A stretch of 63,028 nucleotides of DNA, counting the filler, from Squatina squatina (Eukaryota): the NCBI GenBank assembly GCA_031763465.1. It is 3 parts of 3 records of this genome, joined end to end, with 100 filler letters (N's around TTAATTAATTAA, not from the genome) between each part and the next. Parts side by side here need not be neighbours in the genome. Positions count along the whole stretch, not along the records: positions 18,025 to 48,967 come from JARFOE010000115.1; positions 49,068 to 63,028 come from JARFOE010000233.1; 1 more part is not named here. One strand, written 5' to 3'. The position numbers were made by a program, and so were the translations under genes. Shown piece after piece: positions 38,421-50,585 of the stretch (position 1 is its first letter; every line of letters begins with the position of its first letter). The notes under the pieces are model-generated. The model was not told where the DNA came from and did no database searches. It saw nothing but the letters and a program-made list of their open reading frames with translations.

Positions 38421-38670
38421 AATGGAGTGACTGCTGCCAACGACCGGAAGCTGCACAGAAGCATACTGCGCATTAATCTGGAAGCTGATATCGATGATGT
38501 TTCTGCTTTTTTTCAGAGCCTGCTCCCTTCCCGGCTTTTTTGCACAGAGCCCGCTCCCTTCCTAGTTTTTTTCCCCAGTGCCCATGAGTCGCGAAGTGAA
38601 CGACCAAAAAAAACAATTAGACTGCGCATGCACAACTACTTCAACTTCGTTGGCAGGAGTCGCTGCCATT
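38421..38670. mobile_element. 250-bp MITE with ~24-bp TIRs
   Basis: aatggagtgactgctgccaacga ... tcgttggcaggagtcgctgccatt. Confidence 0.6.
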
Positions 38671-39196
38671 AAAAAAAGAAAAATGCTTAATATCGCTACT
38701 GATGACCAGGATCATGAGCAAAGCTGAAGTAGTTCATCAGCATATGAATCTGAGATATGTTGCTTTGTTGTATGCTCCAAACAGTTCATAAGAATGTGTG
38801 TAGAAAATAATTTCCGAGTGGGTTAACAATATGTAGCAGAAATTAAAAATCATGCTACCCATTCTGAAAGTGAATCTATTTAAAATGAAGTTCAGCCTAA
38901 GGCACCAATATATTCTCCACTCCTCCGCTGCTGTTTGTTTAATCAGTTCATTTGAATAAAAGAATCTCTATAGCAGTGCTGCCATCGCTACTTTTCCAGT
39001 TTCCATAGGAACTGGAGGTTGCCAGACTCTGGTTCTACATCGGATCAGCATTTGCTACAAAGCATTCAGCAAATGCCAAAATGAGGGAGAGGAATTGCTT
39101 TGGTCACAGTGAGTACCAACACCAAACGTGTTTGTGAGGATTTCCATCAGTCAATAGTTCCAGTTGAAATCATAAAATGAACATTCTCACAAAAAT

Positions 39197-39453
39197 AGAA
39201 AGACTTGCATTTCTATAGCACCTTTCACGACCACCGGACGTCCTAAAGTGCTTTACAGCCAATGAAGTACTTTTTGAAATGTAGTCAATGTTGAAACGCC
39301 GCAGCCAATTTGTGCACAGCAAGCTCCCAATGGGATAATAACCAGATAATCTGTTTTTTAGTGATGTTGGTTGAAGGATAAATATTGACCAGTACTCCCC
39401 TACCCTTCTTCGAAATAGTGCCCTGGACTTGGTCTAATGTCTCAGCCGAAAGG
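39197..39453 (-). mobile_element. DeuSINE/SacSINE1-type SINE fragment
   Basis: aaagacttgcatttctatagcacctttcacgaccaccggacgtcctaaagtgc... Confidence 0.8.
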
Positions 39454-39553
39454 NNNNNNNNNNNNNNNNNNNNNNNNNNNNNNNNNNNNNNNNNNNNNNN
39501 NNNNNNNNNNNNNNNNNNNNNNNNNNNNNNNNNNNNNNNNNNNNNNNNNNNNN

Positions 39554-39835
39554 CCCATTTAAGACTGAGATGAGGAAGAATTTCTTCTCTCAGAGGGTTG
39601 TGAGTCTTTGGAATTCCTTGTCACAGAGAGTTGTGGAGGCTGAGCCTTTGAGTATATTTAACGCTGTGATAGATAGATTTTTAATCAGTAAGGGAATCAA
39701 GGGTTATGGGGAAAGGGCAGGAAAGTGGACTTGGGGAATGTCGGATCAGCCATGATCTTATTGAATGGCGGAGCGGGCTCGAGGGGCCGAGTGGCCTACT
39801 CCTGTTCCTATTCCTTATGGTCTTATGGTTTTATG
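39554..39835 (+). mobile_element. CR1 LINE 3' end with short repeat tail
   Basis: MRKNFFSQRVVSLWNSL...; tail ccttatggtcttatggttttatg. Confidence 0.88.
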
Positions 39836-39939
39836 CTTTCAAGTGTTAGGCCACCTCACCCCTTAAAGGGTTCATTCTGGAGACAGAAGTAATGCTTAGC
39901 TCAGTCAAATCATAGATCGTTGGTGGGTGAAGAGGGTTT

Positions 39940-40817
39940 GTCTTGTCAACTGCTATACTTGGCAGACATAACCGATGGCACCATGCACCCTCGGGAAAAC
40001 TATGTTGGAAAAGCCCACGCTCTGTCTTGCAGACCTGGCATCTGAACAATCGTCGATCATACCACATTTAACGTCACCTTCCTTTCCGACCTCTTGGAGG
40101 ATGATGCAGGGCTGCGGCATGTGCCACCAGTGGTGTAGCTGGCCTGGCATCATCTTAGTGTGCCCTCATCTCTCTCGCATCATGTGGTGTCGAGGGAGAT
40201 CCCACTCCAACATGAGTGATGCCTCATGGCCGAATAGTCACATTGGTCATGAAGCAACCAGGTCAGGCAAAGGTAAACATCAATGTGACTTATCTCTCTG
40301 CTCCAAAAGGGCGCCATCCCTGCACCTCCGTCCCCACTCCAATATTAGTGATGGCCCCCATTGCCGAAAATTTAAAAAATTCAGAAGTGGGCAGGCAAAA
40401 CCACTTTTTAAGTTAGGTTAACCACTTTTACACTTTCAAACAATGGCTACAACCCCATTAAGCAAAACAAATCGCGATTGAAAAAAAAAGATTTTAACGT
40501 TGATTTTCTTAAAAATAAAACTTAAACATCACTCCCCACCGGATGACAGCGCCCAAAAAACCGGGTGCTGTCACTGTTGAACTTACTGGCTGGAAACGCA
40601 GCCGAATTGTTGTGCAGGCGGCCATCTTAGTCACAGCGCCCAATGATGATGTCACGCCCGCCATGTTCCACCGAGCGTTGCGTTTCCAGCGAGCCCGGGC
40701 CTACACTCCTTTAGCGAAATGGTGAGCGATCGACTTAATGCAGAAAATCGGCATTAGGCTGCTAACGCCCGTTTCGCGCTACTTTAGCAAAGGCGTTAGC
40801 GGACTAATTGGCCGCCC
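39940..40817 (-). mobile_element. Harbinger remnant with transposase motif
   Basis: Terminus gggcggccaatt (reverse complement at 40806-40817); GFSNIVFPRVHGAIG resembles the GFPxVxGAID motif; homologous to 57281-58031. Confidence 0.65.
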
Positions 40818-40821
40818 AATG

Positions 40822-41075
40822 TTTCACTTGTACAGAGCCTTGGTCAGGCCTCATCTGAAGTACTGCATTCAGTTTTGGATACCACACCTTAAGAAGGATT
40901 AAGTGGCCTTGGAAGAGGTTTCCAAGACTGAGATTGACAAGATTTTTATTAGCTAAAGATATCAAAGGATATGGATCAAAGGCAGGTAAATGGAGTTGAG
41001 GTACAGATCAGCCATAATCTAGTTGAATGGTGGAACAAATTTGAGGGGCTGAATGTCCTACTGCTGTTTTTATGT
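40822..41075 (+). mobile_element. Internally deleted CR1 3' fragment
   Basis: [17 protein letters not shown] followed by CR1 3' UTR. Confidence 0.75.
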
Positions 41076-44000
41076 TAATTTTCTCAAGGTCAGGAGTACA
41101 ATGCCTCTTCTGCTGTCTATCTCAATTCAATGTTATGTCAGCTTGATTTCATTGCTCGGTTGGCCTTGAGAAATTGGATTAATGTTTAGACTACCGGCAG
41201 CTTGTGTGAAACAACAGTCAACAAGGGTTGGCCATTGTTTTTTAAGATTTCAGCTCACAAACCATGACACTGCAACAAACACAAATATTATAGTATTAAA
41301 GATACTCCAATGTCAGGAATAACATTATTATTGTAATATTAACCCAATACTATAAAAATAAACATTTAAAATATAATTTTGAATTTTAAAAAACATTTCC
41401 GTGTCCTAATATTCCCTTTTCTCATATTTTCTCTTCATCTCCTTCGCATCAATTTTTATGATTTTAATGTTACTTTTTTATTCTGATCTATTTGTTCCAA
41501 TGCATTCTTCTTTAAAAAATTAACTTAAAAATACTTACCTGTTTTTCCTTCCTCCTGAAAAATTATTCTTTCAGCCAATGATGTGCTAAAATGTAGATTC
41601 ATAAAAATGCTTCAATCAACAAAGAACTTGCCCTAGAACAGTAAACTTGTCACTGACCTTCAGAGCTTGATTGGGTCTAAAGACGTACTCATCAATGGCA
41701 CAGTCCAGGTTAATGCTTTGCTACTCATCATAAATGTGTTCTGGGCTGCAGAAACCATATTTCTTCTGCTAAGCTGTGGTGCATAATACTTACATAACTC
41801 AGACTCTAATGGCTTGGGGGTATGCAATAGCTTTTTATAACATTTTCTTAAACATTACATTGCCACCAGCTCCAGGCAATTCCAACCAGCCTTTTCTAAA
41901 ATGGTTTTCAGTCCATATGCTGCAATACTGAAACAAACCTAAAACAGTAATAAAGTTACTCCAATCTCAGGGAACTTTACTATTGTAATACTAATTCTAT
42001 AATACAGTACAAAAAAAAAGCAATGTTAAAGAACAATGATTTTGATTGTCATTCTTTCTTTTTCCTCCCATACTTTTTGGGCTAGAAATTCGTTATAACC
42101 AAGAAATGGGGAGGGTTAGGGCAAAAGCTGGTGAATTAACGCCAGGCGAAAATGCTCCAGACTGTACAGAAAATTTAAAATTAAACAAGTATTTGTCTCA
42201 GATAAGTCACCTCATCATGTCAGTTAATGAGCAATCAAAGGTGCATTGACCACGGAGACACCCATAGTCGAGGATGTCCAGCCGAAGATCAAAGTGCGGC
42301 ATCAAGATTCTCTTAAAGACAGGAGAAGTGCAAAGGGGAAAGCACCACACCTACTCATCAGGCACTGGATATGTGAGTCAAAGGTCGAATGGACCTTCAA
42401 GCCCATTTCCTGTCGGGACAGCTTTTGCCCACCTCATTCAGGCGGCTAGATGGAACAGCCGCATGTGGTGCGATACAGCACTTCTCGGCCCAATGAGCGA
42501 ATGTTCCCTGGAAGCAGGACGACCAAGCAAAGGCATGCANNNNNNNNNNNNNNNNNNNNNNNNNNNNNNNNNNNNNNNNNNNNNNNNNNNNNNNNNNNNN
42601 NNNNNNNNNNNNNNNNNNNNNNNNNNNNNNNNNNNNNNNAGAGAGATTGGATTAGTACACGGAACAACAAAGTGAGGGTGACACAGTTCCTTTGGAAACA
42701 AGAGATGAGGAGAAGAAAAATGAATTCTCCAACAACCTGAAATGTAGGCAAAGCGAGAGAAAAAAAAATGAAAAAGTGTATAGATTCCGTCAAAGAGAGC
42801 CTCTTTTAGTCTTGCCATGCTTTGTGTGGGAACACTCGAAAGAAATTTTGTTTGAGTACTTGTTTTTTGTGCACCGACAGCTAATGGGATAGCGTGGAGG
42901 CTTTCACAGATTGGCACGTACTGCATTGACAGCGGAGTCTCAAAGGCACTAGACACAAGGGTGGTTGGTGGCCTGCAATCACCAAGTTGTGAACCACAGC
43001 AGAGAATTCAGTTATTGTCTGCACCCTCCAGGGTTTGCCGTTTGTCGAGTTTTCCCCCTGCCCTCCCTTGTGTGTACAAGTCTATGGTTAGCACATTCAC
43101 AGCACACAGTTCCAAAAAATACCATTGTCGCTTTTTTTGTTGTTAAATATATTGACCCTACCTTCCCCCTTCTTTCCACTGGGTGGTGCGGGGTGGGGGG
43201 GGAAATGGTTGGAAGGTAGGGGAGGCGGAAGAGGAGGCAAAAAATTAAGTCACAGCAGTTCAACAAAAAATAGATGTACTTTTCCCCCTGCTGCCCCACC
43301 CCACAAATAAAACAGCAGTAAGATGGAGCTCTGATCCATACTGGGTGGTATCTGGTGCACAGTCTCCAAGTTAGGCGGGTGTCACAAGAGATGGGATGCC
43401 AAATATCCATATTTCCAACTTTGCATAGAAATTCTGTGCCTGTGGAAGGGGGGGGGCAAAAATCATAATCATTATAATAATCAGGAATTTACCAGACTTA
43501 AGATTTACTTACAATCCACCTGTCCCCCCACCCACACTGAACAAAAGACTAGATTGTACCAAATGCAAGGTCCTAAAATAAATCTTTTTTTCTCCCCCTC
43601 TGCCTTTACAGTTAAAATGTTTGTTTAATGCAAATCTGTATCTTGCTAACTCGCTCTCAAACCATTCCCCTCAAATATGCACACACACACACACAGAAGG
43701 GGTAGAATTAAGACAGCAGCACTGGATGTTCTGCCTAGCAAACACATGCAGACTTATCAGCCCCACCATTTTAAGTGAGGAGGCTGTCTTTACTGGTGTA
43801 GAGAGAGAGAGAGAGAGAAAGCCTGCTGGTTGCAACTTGCCTTCCTGGAAGTAGCATCACAACTAGGAGGGGGGTAGAACTGTCTCCCCATCCCCCACAT
43901 ACCCATCACGAGCATCTCATTTTATTTTTTTTTAATGTTTNNNNNNNNNNNNNNNNNNNNNNNNNNNNNNNNNNNNNNNNNNNNNNNNNNNNNNNNNNNN

Positions 44001-45891
44001 NNNNNNNNNNNNNNNNNNNNNNNNNNNNNNNNNNNNNNNNGAGCTGCGAGGTGCTAGAGGCCCAGGCGGAAAGAGTTAGCGCCAGTGCTGAACCTGCACT
44101 GAAGTTCGGGGGCATCGCTGAATCCACTGCACCTGGTCATTATCCCGTTAGCGCCCCGCCCCAGGCGCTAAGCAGACGAACTTTGTCCCCATACTCATTT
44201 TAATTCTTTTCCTGTGCTCTCACAAATACTCTTACTTTCCGGACAGGAAATGACCTGTTACCAGCTGTAAACTGAGGCAGTATGCAGAACCATTCCATCA
44301 AGAGAGATAAGTCTCCTTGTTCCTGCGTGACATCATGAAGCAGCCATTTTTATATTCCATATTGGTCCAGAACATGTTAATACTGATTGAAATGTCTCTG
44401 CTCCCACAAAAATGTATTTTACTTGGTGTGGTGCTAAACCATACTGAGCAGGAAGAACACAGATTTGATTCCTATTGTGCACTGAGTTAGCTAATCTTGG
44501 TCGAAGTGGCAGATATTGTAACAATTGGTCTCAGAATTGCTGGGCTAGGCAAAAAAGAAAACAGCAAGGCATCATATTCCTCATCATTATATAGGGACAC
44601 TTGCCTGAAGTGCACACTTGCGCTCTTTCCAGCAGAGCTCACTTGCACGGCACTAACGATCCTGTGAAAAACCCTTTGACGTTTTACTATGTTAAAGGCG
44701 CGATACAAATGCAAGTTATTGTTGTTGAGTCAGTGCCCCTTTAAGACGGTGCCGCACTAAGACAGTGCCCCTTTAAGAAGAAAACCATTTCAATTGGTTA
44801 GGAAAATGCTGCCTAAGCATAACTACAACCTATTAGGTAAGTGGAGAAATGCTTTCATTTTTTTTAAAATCCTTATAGGATGATGTCTTTCCTTTCCAAA
44901 TCTTTTTCGTATTTGTTCTTGTTCATTTTGTATTCCCTGCTTTCCTAACTTCATTTTCACCTATGCTGTTATTACTTGAATCGACTTTATTGAAACATAT
45001 CTNNNNNNNNNNNNNNNNNNNNNNNNNNNNNNNNNNNNNNNNNNNNNNNNNNNNNNNNNNNNNNNNNNNNNNNNNNNNNNNNNNNNNNNNNNNNNNNNNN
45101 NNTTTGTGAATGTTACTATCTCTGCTTTATCAACTCCTGGCTTGAAATTTGGACTGTCTGAGCAGGCCAAGGATTTGCTTTTGACAATGAAAAGGGAATG
45201 CAGACTCTCAGTCTCCAAGTCCTAATCAGGACAGCCCTTGCGAAAGCCTTAAACTGATGCAATTTCCAATAAGGGGGAAGCTATAAGCCTTATATAACAA
45301 GACATAGATAAACATCTGATAATGTCAGGACAATGTATCTAATTGACTGAAGATCACCCGAGCAAAGCAGATAACTGCATTTCTACGCGCAGAATCAATT
45401 ACTTGATTTAATCACCATGAAAATTGGGTATAATCAAGAAACAAAGAAGATTATTGAACTGCTGGGAATGGATTGGAATAAAGAACAATGCTGTCTCAGA
45501 ATTTTGTCTGAATTTAATCTCCTTGGAGACAATGATAGAACACGCCTGGTAACTGATCCAAGGCCAAACCCATTTAGTTTGTGTTGGTCAGAATAACTTT
45601 TGAAGACAAAATGCTGCACATCTTCCCAAGTGAGAGTANNNNNNNNNNNNNNNNNNNNNNNNNNNNNNNNNNNNNNNNNNNNNNNNNNNNNNNNNNNNNN
45701 NNNNNNNNNNNNNNNNNNNNNNNNNNNNNNNNNNNNNNAAAATATACCCAAAAAACAATATCTTACTATCCTCAAATGGTAACAGTAGAAAATAATTTTC
45801 AGTTCTAATATCTAGGAATTAAAGATTTCCATAATGACTAATTACAAACAAATTAAATCATCAAAACATTACGCAATTGTCTGCCAGGATT

Positions 45892-45905
45892 GTTGCCATA
45901 GCAAC
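45892..45905. promoter_or_regulatory. RFX X-box motif
   Basis: GTTGCCATAGCAAC, a near-palindromic match to the RFX consensus; function untested. Confidence 0.35.
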
Positions 45906-48405
45906 AACTTAACTTCATACTTCACAATGAAAATATCATTGTAAGATTTCCATATAAAAGGTCTTTGTTCTCTGAATGCAAACAAGACTGAAGTAACGAT
46001 GACTGACGCTCGTAATCATAAGTCAGTACAATATAAATCATTCTCTAAGTTGCTATACTAGTATGAATAACTAATTGACGCTACACGTGATTCAATGTTA
46101 TGAGTATGTTATGAAGGTGGAGGAGGAGGAGGGGGGGGGGAGAAAAGAAACACCTATTTGTCATAAACTTTCGGAAAATTTTATCAGTGGATTCTAACAA
46201 ACTAAAAAAAAAACCTACTAACTAAAATATGAAAACAATATCTGACATTTAAACGTAATAAAAAAAATGAAGACAAATCTAATATTAATATATGTGAGAA
46301 ACTACAAATTTTAAACAAAGAAAAGAAATAAGCAAAGTCCTAGCATGTAAGTACTAGAGTAACGATTGAAGTCTATCAGCTATGTGTTCTTAACAGGTTT
46401 GAAGTAACATTTAAAATGCGATTCAACCCGTAATATATAATCTAAGGCTTTAATAGATGTACAGTACAATCAATAAAATCAATGCAACAACCCCTTTTAA
46501 AACTACCAAGCACACCTTTCAAGATATACCTAAGAAAAAAAAACCTTGCAGTGAGCTCGGAAGTATGGAAAGTTTGAGAATTGAACTTCCGCTTCTTCCA
46601 TTCTGATAAGGATACTTCTAGTAACCTGGCCCCACTACAGCAAATAATCCACCTTTTGCTGAACAGAGCTACACNNNNNNNNNNNNNNNNNNNNNNNNNN
46701 NNNNNNNNNNNNNNNNNNNNNNNNNNNNNNNNNNNNNNNNNNNNNNNNNNNNNNNNNNNNNNNNNNNNNNNNNNNNNNNNNNNNNNNNNNNNNNNNNNNN
46801 NNNNNNNNNNNNNNNNNNNNNNNNNNNNNNNNNNNNNNNNNNNNNNNNNNNNNNNNNNNNNNNNNNNNNNNNNNNNNNNNNNNNNNNNNNNNNNNNNNNN
46901 NNNNNNNNNNNNNNNNNNNNNNNNNNNNNNNNNNNNNNNNNNNNNNNNNNNNNNNNNNNNNNNNNNNNNNNNNNNNNNNNNNNNNNNNNNNNNNNNNNNN
47001 NNNNNNNNNNNNNNNNNNNNNNNNNNNNNNNNNNNNNNNNNNNNNNNNNNNNNNNNNNNNNATTTTTTTATTTTTTATAGTCTTAGTTGACTTTTGGCTT
47101 TTGTTTCGGACAGAGGGGGGAAAAAAAAAATTAAAAGATATCGGGGCAAATTAAAACTGCACAAACGCGGGTCACCTTTCCAAGTCTCTGACCCATGGCA
47201 CCTTGCTTGGCAATTAATAGCAAGAGGTTTTCTTTCACTTAGGAGTTGACTTGTTGCCGGTCTGTGTGGCCAAGGGTGGCATCAAAGAGAAATTGCAATC
47301 CCAAAAATCGGTTTTGGCCATATGTGGTTATTGACATTCGTCACTTATTTTTTCATTCAACGTGATTAATATCTCTGGCAGATATTAATAATGTGCATCA
47401 GTGAGACAGTGGTCTGCAAGACTTATATTTTTATTTACTGTGTGCTATGCTATTCATTCTGGAGTGAAGATGCCATTTCGGAGATAGCTTTGGCATGTAT
47501 CGTAAAATAGTTGGTGGCGCTGTCCAATTCACCGAGCTTCAGCAAGTTTGAAATATGTTGAATTGGATAGATGCTCTAACACTGCTGGAATAATACTTCA
47601 GNNNNNNNNNNAGGTGTACAGTCTTGTATGGCACTTAACGTGTACCCCTCACACATCTACGACACAGTATTTAAAGCTACGATGCACTTTAAAAAAAAAA
47701 GTGTGTATTTATGTTTTGCCCAACACATTCATCTCTGTCCATTGCCCCTTTAACTCTTTCTCACAATCCATTAGAATATAACCTTAACACAGAACACTGT
47801 GCATGCACAATTGACTCTTGATGAGAATGGCAAAATAGTATTTTTTTTTAAATACAAGGTGCACCTTTTTTGTATTTTTTCTTTTTTTTTCTCCATTTTT
47901 GTAAACTTGAAGGAAAACCATTTAAACCTAACATCAAAATGATCTGCATGGTTCATAGACGCACCAGTACATACTGCAGACTAAAGTGTACATCAGAGAT
48001 TACCTTTCCACTGAGAGGAGGGAGAGGGAGAGAGAGAGAGAGAGAGAGAGACAAGATGTATCAAGATGGGGGTCATTTATGCATATATCTCTGAACTTAT
48101 TCACAACGTAGTACTGATAAAGGTAGATGATGTTGTACGCTGAACAACAGATCACTTTCCCTCAGCTTTACTCTTGGTGGAACGTACAGGCTACGCAAGT
48201 CTCAGTGTGCAGCATTCTTTTTGATGTTTCATTCTGGATGACCANNNNNNNNNNNNNNNNNNNNNNNNNNNNNNNNNNNNNNNNNNNNNNNNNNNNNNNN
48301 NNNNNNNNNNNNNNNNNNNNNNNNNNNNNNNNNNNNNNNNNNNNGACTCCATTTTAAAAACCCAGGTTATTGTCCATTCAGCCTCAATTTGGGCACAATT
48401 CTACA

Positions 48406-48622
48406 CGGGTGAGACTGTGGTGGGGAGAGCGCGGGCGGGCGAGACTGTGGTGGGTAGAGCGCAGGCGGGCGAGACTGGTGGGGGAGAGTGCAGACGGGCG
48501 AGACTGTGGGGGGGAGCACGCAGGTGGGCAAGACTGGGGGGCGGCAGAGCGCGGGCGAGAGCGATTGAGTGGAGAGTGTAGGCGAGAGAGACGGTGAGGG
48601 CGGGGAAGAGCACGGGCGAGCA
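48406..48622 (+). repeat. G-rich ~30-bp minisatellite
   Basis: Repeats of gcgggcgagactgtggtggggagagc. Confidence 0.8.
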
Positions 48623-48967
48623 AGAATTGGGTTTGCCCATAGAAAGCTCTGTAATTACTTACGCATGGTAAAAGCAAGCGTAAAGGCTTGTTTTCACCAG
48701 CGTAAGAGTTTATAAAAATGTAAAAATAAAAAAATTATTGGTACATTTCTTAAAAAAAAACATCAATTAGGATTATATTATATAATATGAAAGCAGTTCA
48801 GAGTCATGCTTTAATCTAAATATTCTGTCAAACTCTTAATTAAGCCACAACAGTCATTGAAAGAAATCTGTAGTTATCCATTATTGCAAAGCGACATTTA
48901 TAAATGTTTTACTGCTTCATAATAATTAATAGGATAATTAAAAAAGCTAAATTATGCGACAAAAGCT

Positions 48968-49067
48968 NNNNNNNNNNNNNNNNNNNNNNNNNNNNNNNNN
49001 NNNNNNNNNNNTTAATTAATTAANNNNNNNNNNNNNNNNNNNNNNNNNNNNNNNNNNNNNNNNNNNN
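48968..49067. other. Artificial spacer (44 N + TTAATTAATTAA + 44 N)
   Basis: Identical to 17925-18024. Confidence 0.95.
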
Positions 49068-49149
49068 CGTGTAGAGCATAAATAGCAGCACTGACCAGTT
49101 GGGCTTGTTTCTTTGCTGTAGATTTTATGAAATGTAATTTTATGCAAAG

Positions 49150-49560
49150 TGTGACAAGATGCAAAGAATTCTGCAGATCATTGGCACATTTGCTGGAGCT
49201 AACCATGATATTTTCTGCTCAGGAATTCTGCCCTCCTTCATCTCTTCAAAGAAGAATCTGAAATAACCAGATGGCTTGTGTGCAACAAAGCAAAACCCCT
49301 GCTGCCATGGATCATGACTCCTCTACAAGTTGCAACAACAGCAGCCGTGGAGTGCGATAATGAGGCATATGCTTCAACAAGAGCTGTAATTGAGAAAACT
49401 ACAGGGGTCTTAAAGGGGCACATTGCTGTTTTGATAGATCGGAGAGACGCTAATACGCGAACGAGCAGGTATCCTGCACAATTTTGCAGTCCAAAAAGGC
49501 TTGGACATGAAGTTTCTTGGGGATTGGACACAGCTGCTTTAGGGGCAGAGGAGCATTGAG
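49150..49560 (+). mobile_element. Degenerate Harbinger (HARBI1/DDE_Tnp_4-like) transposase C-terminal region
   Basis: WLVCNKAKPLLPWIMTPL...NEAYASTRAVIEKTTGVLK resembles WLLGDKGYPL.PWLMTP...YN..H..TR..IE..IG.LK; the GD motif is lost. Confidence 0.7.
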
Positions 49561-50019
49561 GGGAGCATCCGATGGACCAGCATCTGGAGGATTCCTCAGT
49601 AACTGGGGCAAGGGTCATCAGAACTCAAATAATTAANNNNNNNNNNNNNNNNNNNNNNNNNNNNNNNNNNNNNNNNNNNNNNNNNNNNNNNNNNNNNNNN
49701 NNNNNNNNNNNNNNNNNNNNNNNNNNNNNNNNNNNNAAGATGCAAATAATAAAATCAGAGTTAGGATAACAGGTTTTAAGTATAGACACCAAGGACCAAG
49801 GACAAAGCAATTAAGCAATAATAGAACCCATTAGACAGGCACGGTGCATGTAAAATTCATTATGGAGAGGAAGAGAGGGCCAGGGAAAAACAGGATCTGC
49901 AGAGATAGGCTACACTGTGAACTGGCACTAGTCCAGCTTGTTACAGTTGTCAACATAATATAATTATGTTCTACAAATGTATAGTTAGTGACCCAGCTGA
50001 ATGTTTCAAAGATACTTAC

Positions 50020-50105
50020 CCAGTTTAACAAGGTTGTTTCAAACTGCCATGAACAATGACGCCAGTGTTCTGAAAAACTTGCTGACTTAAGTTCTCGGAA
50101 AATCT
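50020..50105 (-). CDS. Candidate 86-nt internal exon (IFRELKSASFSEHWRHCSWQFETTLLNW)
   Basis: Acceptor gttatgatgcag; consensus donor gtaagt; only one open frame; protein not recognised. Confidence 0.4.
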
Positions 50106-50443
50106 CTGCATCATAACAGCACACATAAAGAAATTTGAACCTATTACTCATTATTTCAGACTTTTGATTCATATAAAGGAATAAGTATATGGCACAACCA
50201 CTGAAGTGAATAAAATCTGTTTCCAGGCTTTGTTCTGCTGACACTGATGTGGATGTATGTGGCTGAGCATATTTTTAGATGTCTTGCTGCTCTGGGGAAT
50301 CCAAGCAGTTCTGCATTAGAAAGATTGAAAAGCATTAAGGCCANNNNNNNNNNNNNNNNNNNNNNNNNNNNNNNNNNNNNNNNNNNNNNNNNNNNNNNNN
50401 NNNNNNNNNNNNNNNNNNNNNNNNNNNNNNNNNNNNNNNNNNN

Positions 50444-50585
50444 GTGCACTTAACTATCGTAACCTACAAGGCTATAGACCAAGGGCCGGAAAGTGGGATT
50501 AGGCTTGATAGCACTTTGTTGGCTAGCGAGGACACGATGAGCTGAATGGCCTCCTTTCTTGCTGTAAATTTCTATGATTCTATGG
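50444..50585 (+). mobile_element. CR1-type LINE 3' terminus
   Basis: gagctgaatggcctcctt...ttctatgattctatg tail. Confidence 0.7.

Noticed and set aside
38690-38760. C/D box snoRNA-like motif (TGATGA...CTGA with atatc/gatat ends)
   Set aside because: C box lacks the purine, stem spacing is wrong, it is short, and no rRNA guide is recognisable
42240-42539. Possible second Myb/SANT Harbinger ORF
   Set aside because: Too degenerate to support by eye
49150-49560. Domesticated HARBI1 gene
   Set aside because: Stops, frameshifts and loss of the catalytic GD motif indicate a decayed transposon
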